Positions 41,133-50,755 of a stretch of 64,000 bases of DNA are shown here, in pieces (positions within the stretch are counted from its first letter, which is position 1; each line of letters opens with the position of its first letter). Location of the stretch: the sequence record PZ445489.1, one strand, 5' to 3'. Made by a program: the position numbers and the translations under genes. This DNA is from a phage. Under the pieces are notes generated by a model that did not search any database, was not told the origin of the DNA, and was given only the letters and a program-made list of their open reading frames with translations.

Positions 41133-41805
41133 GTTTCAGGGCAGCCTTAACAGCCTCATTAATCAACGTAATAATTTCTTCACGAGTCCACTTATACCCT
41201 AGAGATTTTACGTCAACCCCTAACTTTTCCAGATGTTTAACAGAAGCCAGCTCGTAATTCATATAATGAACGTTCTGTTGTTTGCTTTCTGATAGAAGCC
41301 ATACACGGTAACAACCAACAGGATTATCCATTGCTTTTTTGATTTCACCAATACACTGGTATCCAGGAACCCAAACAAGTTCTCCAACCTCAAATTCTTC
41401 TGCCACAGCATCGTCAGGAATAATTGGAGGATTCAATGGATCTACAATATCGTTCAAACGAAGTAGAGCACCATATCGTTCCAGAACAGATTTAACCATT
41501 GCTACAGAGCGGTAATTACGATCGGCAATTTCTTCAAAAGAATCACCAGATAGGTACTGTTCAATAACGTTGGCCAACTCAATACCTTCAATGAGTGTAC
41601 CACGTTTCTTTTTCTTCATTTCGGCAACTTGAATCTGGCGGTCTTGCCACTCTTCAATCATCCTTTCCATAGTCGGATTGGAAGATACGCCGAGCATTTC
41701 ACAAGCTGCTTTCTTGGTACCACCGTTCTCCAGATGCTCTATAACCTTTTTAAAGACTTCATCAGGGATTTCATGGATATGTTTCTTTCTGCGAGAACCA
41801 GCCAT
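41101..41805 (-). CDS. Early protein with putative HTH (first gene of N25-type transcript)
   Basis: 234 aa starting MAGSRRKKHIHEIPDEVFKK; expressed from the promoter at 41837..41865. Confidence 0.6.
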   Translation of the reverse strand: MAGSRRKKHIHEIPDEVFKKVIEHLENGGTKKAACEMLGVSSNPTMERMIEEWQDRQIQVAEMKKKKRGTLIEGIELANVIEQYLSGDSFEEIADRNYRSVAMVKSVLERYGALLRLNDIVDPLNPPIIPDDAVAEEFEVGELVWVPGYQCIGEIKKAMDNPVGCYRVWLLSESKQQNVHYMNYELASVKHLEKLGVDVKSLGYKWTREEIITLINEAVKAALKLDKEKGKRRE

Positions 41806-41836
41806 ATTTAAACTCCTCTCTCAAATTTATGAATCT

Positions 41837-41865
41837 ATTATACAGAAAAATTTTCCTGAAAGCAA
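41837..41865 (-). promoter_or_regulatory. Strong early promoter matching the T5 PN25 core
   Basis: - strand reads TTGCTTTCAGGAAAATTTTTCTGTATAATAGATTCATAAATTTGAGAGAGGAG, as I recall the N25 promoter used in expression vectors. Confidence 0.85.
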
Positions 41866-41874
41866 ATAAAATTT

Positions 41875-42117
41875 TTACGATTCCTTGAGCAGAGAAGAAA
41901 GTTCAGCATATACTTTATCTAACTCAAACCCTATGCGAAGGGATACGTTAGTCCTCCGTTGTTTAAGTAACCATTCGGATATGTTAGGGATGCCAGCTAA
42001 TCTGTGTGGTACCACCCTACATAGCTTTTCCGAAGTATCATAAACAGGAACTTTACGTTCTTTTACTGGAAACTTCCTTGTTTCCCATTTTTTATTCTTC
42101 ACTGTCATTTCTAGCAC
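41875..42117 (-). CDS. Hypothetical protein
   Basis: 80 aa ORF; overlaps stop region of large ATPase gene. Confidence 0.35.
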   Translation of the reverse strand: MLEMTVKNKKWETRKFPVKERKVPVYDTSEKLCRVVPHRLAGIPNISEWLLKQRRTNVSLRIGFELDKVYAELSSLLKES

Positions 42118-44881
42118 CTAGCTCTGACATTGCTTCATCATGCATATGTTTTTCCTCGTCAGTCATGAACTTATAAGGAATTGGCATACACTCGATTTTA
42201 CAATAGGTTCTGTACCAGTCTACAATATTTTCAGTGTTCATATCCTTACCAATACCCATCATACCAAGATACATTCTTGCATATTTTGGGTTAGCACTCT
42301 GACCTGTTTTAAGGAAGAAATCTTTCTTCTTACCTTTCAGAGCTTCTATGAATGGTTTGATAGTGACATTTGAACACTTCTTAATATCTTCCCAGAACAT
42401 CTCGTGCATTTTATGGAAGAATGCCGCTCGATCATTCGGTTTATCCTTGATATACTGTTCAACATGCTCAACTGTTACATCTTTAATAGACTCAAGATGA
42501 TAATAGCGAACAAGAAGTAGTTTAGCTTCATACGCATCCGCATGACGTGGAGCACAATAATCCGGAGTTGAATGTAGAATAGCTTTGATTCGCTCTTCTG
42601 TGTATTCTTTACCAGCACCTTCAATAGTTCCCCAGCTTTCGCTGAAAATATCAATAGTTGCACCCTGATCAAGCAAGTAATAACGTAAAGTACTAGTATA
42701 GTTCCTAGATTCCAGCTCTCTGCGACGTGCGTATAATTGCTGTGCTAACTCCGGCCAACCTTCATCAATATTATATTGCTCAGAACCTGCAGAGAACCCA
42801 CTAGTGGATTTATCAATAAAATAATAGATATTCTGAGCACCACGGTCGCGCCTGATTGCTTGGAAACGCATGTTTGGCGCTTGGTTACTAGTTCTAGTGA
42901 TAACGAATACGTTATCAAAATAGTTGAAGTCAACACCACTCGTTACGGATGGACTACATAATAAGCAATCAATTTGTTGATCAATTAGCTCATTAGTTGT
43001 GTAATCCAGAATACGTCTAATATCTACATCAGATGTAGAGTTTGAGTGGATTTCCTTAACTAACGCACCCGTATTACGACGCAATGCCATGCCCTTCTCA
43101 TTCAGTTCATCTGGACCACAGTCAGATACTAGGATAGATTTCTCACCCATCTCTAGAGAAGTCTGAAGTGCAACCCAAATACTGGACTCATCAGGGAACT
43201 CATAAGCATGAGCTTTTGACAGCATTTTACGGTGATGATTGTAAAATGCAACCGGTTTATCAAACTCAATCAAAGAACCATATGCTTCAATTGTTTCTGC
43301 ACTAATATCCCCATCAGATAATATAATGATTTTTGCAGTTGCAAGAATGTCCCGAAGAACCTGAATACATTCACGACGTTGTTTAACAACCGGGGCGAAT
43401 AATAGGTCATTCATTACAGCGTCACATTCATCGATAAAGATTGCATCAATTTGACCAATAAAACTCTTGAACTTATGCAAAGAGTGAATAGTTGTGGACA
43501 TACGGTCAATAGCACCACGCTTAAAATTAAGCATATCTACAGACTTATCATATTGTCCTGCACTAAATTTCTTAGCATTTGAAGATACCAGTGCTCGAGT
43601 ATTGGTAATTGCTAAGAAATTACCTTTAATAACTCCTGAATCCAGCCAACGCACAACCGCTGTAGTTTTACCTGTACCTAGACTTGCTTTTACAAAAGTC
43701 ATATAACCTTCTGGTGGCACGGTATTTAATTTCAAGAAGTTATCAGTTTCTAGAGAATTAGTTTCTAGCTTTTTAAGTGGAATACCTTTTAAAACATCTG
43801 GTATATCACGTTTAGAATTATTAACAAACGCTTTCAGAGCCTGTTTACGACCGTTGTTAAAATAATCTTGAATATTACGACTATTATCTTTAGTTGCAAT
43901 ATACTCAGATAAAGCTGGGCGGATCTCCTTCTCTAGCCAGCCAAAATCTACACCATCCTCTAGTGCTCGGTGATAGAGTTTAGGAATAATACGTAGATAT
44001 ACACCATCCTCAGCTTCTTCTAATTCGCTGATAGTTTCCTCTACTTTATCAGAGGCAGCTTTTTTACCTTTAATTTGGTCGAGTAAAGAATAGAACTCCT
44101 CCTTAAACTCACCTCTAGTTGTTTCATAGTCAACTAGATTATTAGGTAAATTTACTTTTGAGCCTTTAACAAATACCAGACGTGAAGTACCCTCCGCTTT
44201 AAACGGATCTACTATACCATCAGTAAATAAAGGATCTGCAAAGTAATGGAGCTGTACGGAAGAGTAATAAGCTAAGTCGGCAATATCAAAGCCATACTTT
44301 TGTCTACTACTTTCGTTGATAGATGTAAATAAGAACTTGATTTGACCCTGAGTTACTTTAACATTAGATTCTAGTATTAAGTGCATTCGGATACCTGGTT
44401 TTAGCCCAGCCGAAGATGACGCATGAGCGATAAACCCTGCATCAAGAGGAAACATATCCTCACTAATACTATTTAACATCCTAATAATATGTCGAGCCAT
44501 GCCAACAAGATCAAACTTGTTACAACCTCCTGTATCTACAATACCATCCACATCCATTGCGATTATATGACTTGGATTAGATACATTAAAGTTGCCCTTC
44601 TTACGTCGCACATTATTTTTAGGTGCAAGACATCGACCTCGTACCGCAACGATATGAGGGTCAGACGTTAAACGTCTCATAAGAGGAAGCATTTCTACTA
44701 GGGTTTGAGGATCAACTTCATCAATTACATCAAACTTGAAGGGCATTGAAGCTGGTTTACCTTCAGGATGCTTTGAGGAAAATCTTTTAGCAAAAAGATA
44801 ATCTTCTGCTTTAACTTCTCGCCAATTGCCTGTGGCTAAATCGCGATGAAATCCTGCATGACCTTGTAGGATTGAAAACAC
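42092..44881 (-). CDS. Large replication-associated ATPase/helicase (origin-binding-protein-like)
   Basis: Walker A ASLGTGKTT and Walker B AIFIDECD; start placed at GTG with AGGAG 7 nt upstream (track gives TTG at 44959). Confidence 0.6.
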   Translation of the reverse strand: MFSILQGHAGFHRDLATGNWREVKAEDYLFAKRFSSKHPEGKPASMPFKFDVIDEVDPQTLVEMLPLMRRLTSDPHIVAVRGRCLAPKNNVRRKKGNFNVSNPSHIIAMDVDGIVDTGGCNKFDLVGMARHIIRMLNSISEDMFPLDAGFIAHASSSAGLKPGIRMHLILESNVKVTQGQIKFLFTSINESSRQKYGFDIADLAYYSSVQLHYFADPLFTDGIVDPFKAEGTSRLVFVKGSKVNLPNNLVDYETTRGEFKEEFYSLLDQIKGKKAASDKVEETISELEEAEDGVYLRIIPKLYHRALEDGVDFGWLEKEIRPALSEYIATKDNSRNIQDYFNNGRKQALKAFVNNSKRDIPDVLKGIPLKKLETNSLETDNFLKLNTVPPEGYMTFVKASLGTGKTTAVVRWLDSGVIKGNFLAITNTRALVSSNAKKFSAGQYDKSVDMLNFKRGAIDRMSTTIHSLHKFKSFIGQIDAIFIDECDAVMNDLLFAPVVKQRRECIQVLRDILATAKIIILSDGDISAETIEAYGSLIEFDKPVAFYNHHRKMLSKAHAYEFPDESSIWVALQTSLEMGEKSILVSDCGPDELNEKGMALRRNTGALVKEIHSNSTSDVDIRRILDYTTNELIDQQIDCLLCSPSVTSGVDFNYFDNVFVITRTSNQAPNMRFQAIRRDRGAQNIYYFIDKSTSGFSAGSEQYNIDEGWPELAQQLYARRRELESRNYTSTLRYYLLDQGATIDIFSESWGTIEGAGKEYTEERIKAILHSTPDYCAPRHADAYEAKLLLVRYYHLESIKDVTVEHVEQYIKDKPNDRAAFFHKMHEMFWEDIKKCSNVTIKPFIEALKGKKKDFFLKTGQSANPKYARMYLGMMGIGKDMNTENIVDWYRTYCKIECMPIPYKFMTDEEKHMHDEAMSELGARNDSEE

Positions 44882-45380
44882 AACAATACTCCTGTATTGG
44901 AAATGAAATAAGTTTTCTTTAGGACTATTCAGAAAGAATAGAACAACTGTTACTGTCAATTTCTCAACAAATTAATCGCAAATACTGAAGGGGGGTGGCA
45001 ACTTCCCCTTTCACGCTACACTGCCGCTTCACTATACCGCACAAATCCTTGAGGATGGCCGCTAAGCCAGATTTGCTCACCTAATGCTTCATGTACTAGC
45101 TCATACTAGATGTAGTATACCTTACGTCATCACTTCTCAGAGTTTTTCACTCTTCCCGTCTCACTTCACAACCACCTCACACTAGGTTGCTTCGAGGCCT
45201 TACCAGGGTTCCTACGGGATGTAGATCGCTAAGTATTCTATTAACTATTTGTTTAAAAACTAACACGTAACAGTTAAAACAACCCTTAATGGGGCAGCCT
45301 AACTGTTCCGTATCGCGGATTGTAAACAAGAAAAATTAGCAAAATCAATTTTTACTAATGTCTCTCAATTCAATATAAAT

Positions 45381-45409
45381 ATTATATCAAGATTTTGGGC
45401 ATCATGCAA
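45381..45409 (-). promoter_or_regulatory. Early promoter driving a ~400-nt ORF-free transcript region
   Basis: TTGCAT-17 nt-TATAAT with conserved downstream box; no start codon or RBS follows for ~480 nt. Confidence 0.55.
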
Positions 45410-45449
45410 GTAAAATTTTCCGGATGGTGCTATCATTGGTCTTGAGTAC

Positions 45450-45478
45450 GGATAAAACCGAGCCAAAATGACTCGGTT
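45450..45478 (-). terminator. Rho-independent terminator at end of Sir2-containing operon
   Basis: ACCGAG-loop-CTCGGT hairpin followed by TTTTA on - strand. Confidence 0.6.
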
Positions 45479-45485
45479 ATGTGGA

Positions 45486-45683
45486 TTAGACACTTAAAAT
45501 ACTTCTAATCTCTTCTATATACTTATCTACTTTTTTAGCATCTACTTTATTTAGTTTTCCTATATCAAAACTAGGATCAGTAAACATTCTAGCTATCTCT
45601 ATCTCTAGAGACTTACTAATTTTCCCTGTAGTATTCCACTTAGAAATCTTACCTTTTATTTTCCAAAATTCCTTATTCATCAT
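45486..45683 (-). CDS. Hypothetical small protein
   Basis: 65 aa, Lys-rich; last ORF of the operon. Confidence 0.4.
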   Translation of the reverse strand: MMNKEFWKIKGKISKWNTTGKISKSLEIEIARMFTDPSFDIGKLNKVDAKKVDKYIEEIRSILSV

Positions 45684-46065
45684 TTAATCCCGGAACATAT
45701 ATCCCAACACGGTTTAATTGTTCTTTAGCTTCTTTGAGAATATCTGGAGTGTACTCCCAAATATCATCTTCCACCTGTAAAAGATGGGGCGAACAACCAT
45801 CATCAGGCACACGACATATGGCAAAACCACGTGGATGGAACAAAGAGAAATTTAGTGCAACAATTAAACCCATAGCAGACAATTCATTCCAATCCAATTC
45901 CCATTCCCCAGCGTAGCCTGATAGGCAAACACCAATACAGGGATCGTCTATTTGCTGCTCCGGAAAAGTGAAGGAGACTTGTCTTACTCCCAACCAACGT
46001 TGTAGCAGCTTCTCCGCACGTTTCACCAAACTAGGGTCAATCTGACGCCAATATACTTGTTCCAT
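45673..46065 (-). CDS. Hypothetical protein, paralog of 46075..46503
   Basis: 130 aa; shares PCIG, W-EL-EMGL-ALN-LF-P and Y-PGL blocks with the adjacent ORF. Confidence 0.5.
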   Translation of the reverse strand: MEQVYWRQIDPSLVKRAEKLLQRWLGVRQVSFTFPEQQIDDPCIGVCLSGYAGEWELDWNELSAMGLIVALNFSLFHPRGFAICRVPDDGCSPHLLQVEDDIWEYTPDILKEAKEQLNRVGIYVPGLNDE

Positions 46066-46074
46066 TCTGCCTCC

Positions 46075-46503
46075 TTAAGCAGTTAAACCTGGGATCATAT
46101 ACCCGAAACGTCGAAGTTTCTGAATCCCCTCATTTACTTCTTCCGGTGAGTAAGACCAACCATAACGTTCATTAACCTGAAAACCAGGAGATTCACTAGT
46201 TTTATAGTTAACAACGAGGCGATGCTTAGCAGGCATAAACAGCTTATAGTTTAACGCAAAAACTAAGCCCATTTCATCTAACTCTTTCCAGCCAACAATT
46301 TCTTCAAGACCATCTTCTACCTGCACAATTAAACCAATACAGGGGGCCTCATCAATATCATCTTTAAAAGCAAAGGAGATTTCATTATTCTCACACCATA
46401 TTTTCAGAGCATTAATAGCCTCATTGTACAGGTTGGCTGGAAGAGTATGCCAAAAATTAACCAATATTGGGTTAGCTTCTTTAGAGAATACATTATTGAA
46501 CAT
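46075..46503 (-). CDS. Hypothetical protein, paralog of 45673..46065
   Basis: 142 aa; same conserved blocks as neighbour, tandem arrangement. Confidence 0.5.
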   Translation of the reverse strand: MFNNVFSKEANPILVNFWHTLPANLYNEAINALKIWCENNEISFAFKDDIDEAPCIGLIVQVEDGLEEIVGWKELDEMGLVFALNYKLFMPAKHRLVVNYKTSESPGFQVNERYGWSYSPEEVNEGIQKLRRFGYMIPGLTA

Positions 46504-46505
46504 AT

Positions 46506-47012
46506 TTACACCTTAAATTGTTGTAAGGATTTACACATTTCAAGATCTGGGCTAAATTCTAGCATATAGCTAACAGCTTTTAAATCTTGAAGATTTATTC
46601 CAGTTCTACCATTGACTATAACTGTTGGATACTGATACATCATAGCACCAGCGTCATCCAGTACACACCAATGTTTGAGCTTATGCTTTTCAACGAAGCG
46701 AAGAACAGAATTACCCCTAGATAGCCCACCACCAGTAAAATCCGTTGTACCAAGAAAACGATCGATAAGACCTAATCCGGTCATAATCTGAACGTTCTCC
46801 ATCTCATTCCTGACAGAGAACCATGAGGATACTCCAACAATCATTATCGGAGAAGGACGAATAAAGTCCTGAAAAGCCTTGAGAAGCGGTTTGAAAACCC
46901 AGTCACTTCCAAAGAAAATCTTTTCATCATCAGGTGCATGATGGTGGGAGATGCTCGAATTGAGCACCCCATCAATGTCTAGAAAAATAATTGGAGTATT
47001 ACTTATTTCCAT
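46506..47012 (-). CDS. HAD-superfamily phosphatase-like protein
   Basis: 168 aa; N-terminal FLDIDGVLN (DxDxV nucleophile motif) and later acidic LDDAG segment. Confidence 0.55.
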   Translation of the reverse strand: MEISNTPIIFLDIDGVLNSSISHHHAPDDEKIFFGSDWVFKPLLKAFQDFIRPSPIMIVGVSSWFSVRNEMENVQIMTGLGLIDRFLGTTDFTGGGLSRGNSVLRFVEKHKLKHWCVLDDAGAMMYQYPTVIVNGRTGINLQDLKAVSYMLEFSPDLEMCKSLQQFKV

Positions 47013-47181
47013 TTTTGTTCCTTTCTAAGAACGTATCATACTCAACCGTATTCACATATATAACACCATAGTCATCGGATTTATAGTCCATTTCCCACAA
47101 CTCACAGCGATAGTACCAACTACCGTCCGCCCATACAAATATATCATCAGGGTGTGTATACACAGATTTAATTATGGACAT
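46999..47181 (-). CDS. Hypothetical small protein
   Basis: 60 aa ORF with overlapping start/stop coupling inside the operon. Confidence 0.35.
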   Translation of the reverse strand: MSIIKSVYTHPDDIFVWADGSWYYRCELWEMDYKSDDYGVIYVNTVEYDTFLERNKNGNK

Positions 47182-47996
47182 ATTTGTTTCCCTGGCATAT
47201 AAGGTCTACCCTCTAGATGAGCTTCTACACGAGCAATAAAATCAGGGTCACTAAAAGCATCTACCGCACCTTTACTCCAGTAAGGAATACCACGATCTTC
47301 CAACTGGTACATCTCACTACGAGTCATACCTTGATAGCCCGGTTCTGCCGCTAGGGCACTATCGTAGTAGTTAACTACCATTAATTTGGCAGCAGTCAAA
47401 TTAAGAACAGGAAATAATTCCCAGTAGAAGTTAATTACTTGGTTAGAACAACCAACCACAATGATCATATCTTGACTGGTAATATCATCAAAAACATTGT
47501 ACATTTCTGTATATGCTGGAGCATGCTCACCAAAGAAGATTACATTAGGTTTAACCCATTTATAATCATCTGGGTCAATAGAGCTATACCCAACATCAAT
47601 AATTCGTTTATTACTACTATTGTAGCTGTCAGCTACAACAACCTCTTTTAAATATCCGTGAATGTGCAGAATGTCACTATGTGGAACGCCAGCACGTTCA
47701 ATAAGGTCATCAACATTGGTAGTCAAGTTTACTACTTGACCTGGATATTGTTTATACCATTCACCAATACGCAAATGTGCAAGATTGGGTTCAACAGTTT
47801 TTAGCTCTTCACGACGCTTGTTGTAAAACATATGGGTTTTATGATAAAAATTACCACGAAAGGCATGAATATTACATACTTCTTCTAGATTATAATCATC
47901 CCACAATGCTTTACCACTAGCAGTATCAGTACGAAAAGCTCGTACACCACTTTCAACACTCAAACCCGCACCGCTAATAATAATTAATCTACGCAT
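47172..47996 (-). CDS. Sir2 (sirtuin)-family NAD-utilising protein lacking zinc-ribbon cysteines
   Basis: 274 aa; GAGLSVESGVRAFR, LTTNVDDLIERAG, catalytic-type HG, VIFFGE and IVVGCS motifs; no CxxC pairs. Confidence 0.65.
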   Translation of the reverse strand: MRRLIIISGAGLSVESGVRAFRTDTASGKALWDDYNLEEVCNIHAFRGNFYHKTHMFYNKRREELKTVEPNLAHLRIGEWYKQYPGQVVNLTTNVDDLIERAGVPHSDILHIHGYLKEVVVADSYNSSNKRIIDVGYSSIDPDDYKWVKPNVIFFGEHAPAYTEMYNVFDDITSQDMIIVVGCSNQVINFYWELFPVLNLTAAKLMVVNYYDSALAAEPGYQGMTRSEMYQLEDRGIPYWSKGAVDAFSDPDFIARVEAHLEGRPYMPGKQICP

Positions 47997-48210
47997 TTTT
48001 CACCTGTTCTCTGAAGTTTTGCCCAATACTGTCTAATAGCTCAGCTAATTCTTTATTGCCTTTCTCCATTAAGGTGTTAGCAATAACTTCTAGCATAGTA
48101 GCGCAGGATTCAACCCCATCCTTATAGCCAGTTTCCCAGTGCTGCATTAATGCGTTTTCCAAAGCGGCGTTTAAACCCTTATCTGGTAGCATCGGCTTCG
48201 AGAATGCCAT
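47989..48210 (-). CDS. Hypothetical small protein
   Basis: 73 aa ORF, translationally coupled. Confidence 0.4.
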   Translation of the reverse strand: MAFSKPMLPDKGLNAALENALMQHWETGYKDGVESCATMLEVIANTLMEKGNKELAELLDSIGQNFREQVKNA

Positions 48211-48382
48211 AAAGTTTCTCCTCTAGTTCCATAACACGATTTTCATAAGAGGCACGCAACTTTTCAATTGCCAGTGCACGCACTGTAACCTCATTAGAAT
48301 TAATAGCTAACTGGGCCAGATCTTCTGTTTCCATACGTCCGTTGTAAATTAAGCGATATTTAAGATGTTTTACGTTTTTCAT
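48179..48382 (-). CDS. Hypothetical small protein
   Basis: 67 aa ORF. Confidence 0.4.
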   Translation of the reverse strand: MKNVKHLKYRLIYNGRMETEDLAQLAINSNEVTVRALAIEKLRASYENRVMELEEKLYGILEADATR

Positions 48383-48391
48383 TCTTGTTCC

Positions 48392-48673
48392 TTAGTTCTG
48401 TACTGTAAATTCATTCTTATCACAGTGAGCATAATAATACCCATACATACGATAAATTTTCACAGCCTTAGTAGACCCCTTCGATTCTTCATAATCAATC
48501 CAGAGCCACTTGTCTTTACCTACATAATGTACCCGAAACTTCTTAGCTTTCTTATCATTCCATGTTGCAACAACACGACGATAATCAAATCCGCCCAACC
48601 AATCTAGAGCCTTACGTTCTTCACTAGGCTCTCCAAGATGGGAGACATCTACTTTAGGAAGCAATTCGCTCAT
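48392..48673 (-). CDS. Hypothetical protein (first gene after strong early promoter)
   Basis: 93 aa; GGAGAAAGCT RBS and promoter directly upstream. Confidence 0.5.
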   Translation of the reverse strand: MSELLPKVDVSHLGEPSEERKALDWLGGFDYRRVVATWNDKKAKKFRVHYVGKDKWLWIDYEESKGSTKAVKIYRMYGYYYAHCDKNEFTVQN

Positions 48674-48691
48674 AGCTTTCTCCTCTCAAAT

Positions 48692-48720
48692 TTATAAATC
48701 TATTATATATAAATTTTTGG
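48692..48720 (-). promoter_or_regulatory. Strong early promoter, near-duplicate of the N25-type promoter
   Basis: TTGCTTTCAGCCAAAAATTTATATATAATAGATTTATAAATTTGAGAGGAG on - strand. Confidence 0.75.
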
Positions 48721-48772
48721 CTGAAAGCAAATAAAATAAAAGCCAGGTCGACTAGCAACCCGGCTGATTAGC

Positions 48773-50647
48773 TTACTTAGCTCGAATATCCTGATGCTTC
48801 ACTCTACCCATCACCTCGTGCTGTTTGCCAGGGTTAAATGGACGAGCACCCGGATTTCCAAGATACCCACAAACTCGACGAGTTACTTCAAGAGTTTCGG
48901 GGTCATGATTACCACAGATAGGACACTTAAACCCATCTTCGGATGCTATTGTTTCACCTAAGAATCCGCATTTACCGCAAGAATCCACTGGAGTATTAAT
49001 ACCGAAGTAATGAACTTTACTAGCAGCATAATTAATAACCCATTCCAGTGCATCTGGGAATCGTTTCATATCCGGTAGTTCTACATAGGAAATGCACCCA
49101 CCAGAAGCAATAGGCGTAAAGTTAGATTCATAATCAAATTTCACGTTAGGAGCAACTTTACGCTCTACATCAAGGTGGTGCGAGTTAGTGTAGTATCCTT
49201 TAGACAGAATATCTTCATGCTCTGGGAAATATTCACGGTCTAAACGGCAAAACCTATCACATAGGGACTCTGACGGTGTAGCATACAGGCTATAACCTAA
49301 CTTAGTCTCTTCCTTCTTCTGATCGACTCTATCTCGCATGTACTGCAATACACGCTGAACAAACTTGATGCAGGTCTCTGACATTGTGTCTACATCTTTG
49401 CCAAACATGAACTGTAGCATTTCATGGCAACCAATATACCCTAGAGATACAGAAGCACGGTTATAGAAATGATCGAATACATATTCATCAGGCTCCAAGC
49501 GTAACCCAAAGGCTCCTGACATATAGAGGATGGGTGCAGCTTTAGCTTGGATGTATTTTAAGCGATCAACTCTCCACTCCAATGCTTTTAACGCTGTATC
49601 CACACGTAGCTCAAGCAAATCAAAGAATAGATCAATATTTCCTTCAGCTTCGATAGCAATTCTAGGCAAGTTTACAGAAACAACACCTAAGTTATTACGG
49701 CCAGCAGTTTCACCATCTTCTGCAGCAGCTAGGAATGAACGGCAGCCCATAGAAACTTTATAGTCTCCAGTAACTTCTACAACCTTGTCATAGCTGATAT
49801 AATCTGGATACATACGTTCAGCAGTACATTTCATAGCTAACTTCTTGATGTCATAATTAACATCTCCTGGTTTCATATTTACGCCATCGCGAAGTACAAA
49901 TACCAGTTTCGGGAAGATAGCTGTACGTTTATTGATACCTAAACCATCCATGCGTACTTTCAGTATTGCTTTCTGTACTAGACGTGCTTCCCAGGAAGTT
50001 CCTAGACCAAAACCAAAGGTAATAAATGGACTCTGACCATTAGAGTTGAACATGGTATTGATTTCATATTCTAAACCCTGACAAGCGTCATAGACTTCTT
50101 TTTCAGTCATCTCCGTAGCCATTACTGATGCTTTGGCTTCATCCTTAGTCCAACGTTTTGCAAACGCATGATTTTTGTCATAGGATTTACGAACATAAGG
50201 GGCTAATACTTCATCAAGGCGATCTACAGAAGTACCACCGTACTGATGGGAGCTAACCTGAGTGATAATCTGAGCAGTAATAGCCGCCGCAGTAGTGATA
50301 GAGTTTGGAGTGCTAATTTCAGCATTACCAACCTTCATACCATTCTTCAACATATCTTCCAAAGCTACCAGACAACAGTTAGTCATGCCTAATGCAGCAT
50401 AATCAGCATCGTGGAAATGAATATCCCCAATCATATGAGCATTTCGAATCTGAATAGGCATTTCTTCTAGAATTAGATACTTACTCAATTCACCTGCAAG
50501 CATATCCCTTTGTGTAGGGAAACGTTCTGAGGGTTTATTGGCATTATTAAACAGCAGCTCTTCATCTGCTGACCCTTCGATAATCTCTTTGCAGTTTCTA
50601 ATTAACGCCTGCATTTCTTTATACTTTAGTTCTTCATTACGATTCAT
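48773..50647 (-). CDS. nrdD: Anaerobic ribonucleoside-triphosphate reductase (class III)
   Basis: 624 aa; C-terminal glycyl-radical motif RVCGYLG and zinc-ribbon cysteines CGKCGF...CPICG. Confidence 0.9.
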   Translation of the reverse strand: MNRNEELKYKEMQALIRNCKEIIEGSADEELLFNNANKPSERFPTQRDMLAGELSKYLILEEMPIQIRNAHMIGDIHFHDADYAALGMTNCCLVALEDMLKNGMKVGNAEISTPNSITTAAAITAQIITQVSSHQYGGTSVDRLDEVLAPYVRKSYDKNHAFAKRWTKDEAKASVMATEMTEKEVYDACQGLEYEINTMFNSNGQSPFITFGFGLGTSWEARLVQKAILKVRMDGLGINKRTAIFPKLVFVLRDGVNMKPGDVNYDIKKLAMKCTAERMYPDYISYDKVVEVTGDYKVSMGCRSFLAAAEDGETAGRNNLGVVSVNLPRIAIEAEGNIDLFFDLLELRVDTALKALEWRVDRLKYIQAKAAPILYMSGAFGLRLEPDEYVFDHFYNRASVSLGYIGCHEMLQFMFGKDVDTMSETCIKFVQRVLQYMRDRVDQKKEETKLGYSLYATPSESLCDRFCRLDREYFPEHEDILSKGYYTNSHHLDVERKVAPNVKFDYESNFTPIASGGCISYVELPDMKRFPDALEWVINYAASKVHYFGINTPVDSCGKCGFLGETIASEDGFKCPICGNHDPETLEVTRRVCGYLGNPGARPFNPGKQHEVMGRVKHQDIRAK

Positions 50648-50675
50648 TATACTCTCCTTCTCTAACTAAGACTAC

Positions 50676-50704
50676 TATTATAACTCATTCGAGGGCGGAT
50701 GTCA
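50676..50704 (-). promoter_or_regulatory. Perfect-consensus sigma70 promoter for nrdD
   Basis: - strand TTGACA-17 nt-TATAAT followed by GAAGGAG RBS and ATG. Confidence 0.7.
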
Positions 50705-50755
50705 ACAATATTTTACTATAAAGTTCTGTAACATGATCTGAGTCAAAAAATTTTA

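Noticed and set aside
44882-44959. N-terminal extension of the large ATPase ORF from a TTG start
   Set aside because: No RBS precedes the TTG, whereas a GTG at 44881 has AGGAG 7 nt upstream. The shorter start is preferred, though not proven.
44960-45380. tRNA or other canonical RNA gene in the long leader upstream of the replication ATPase
   Set aside because: No TTCRA T-loop or cloverleaf pairing found by eye on either strand. Retained only as an unspecified non-coding transcript in findings.
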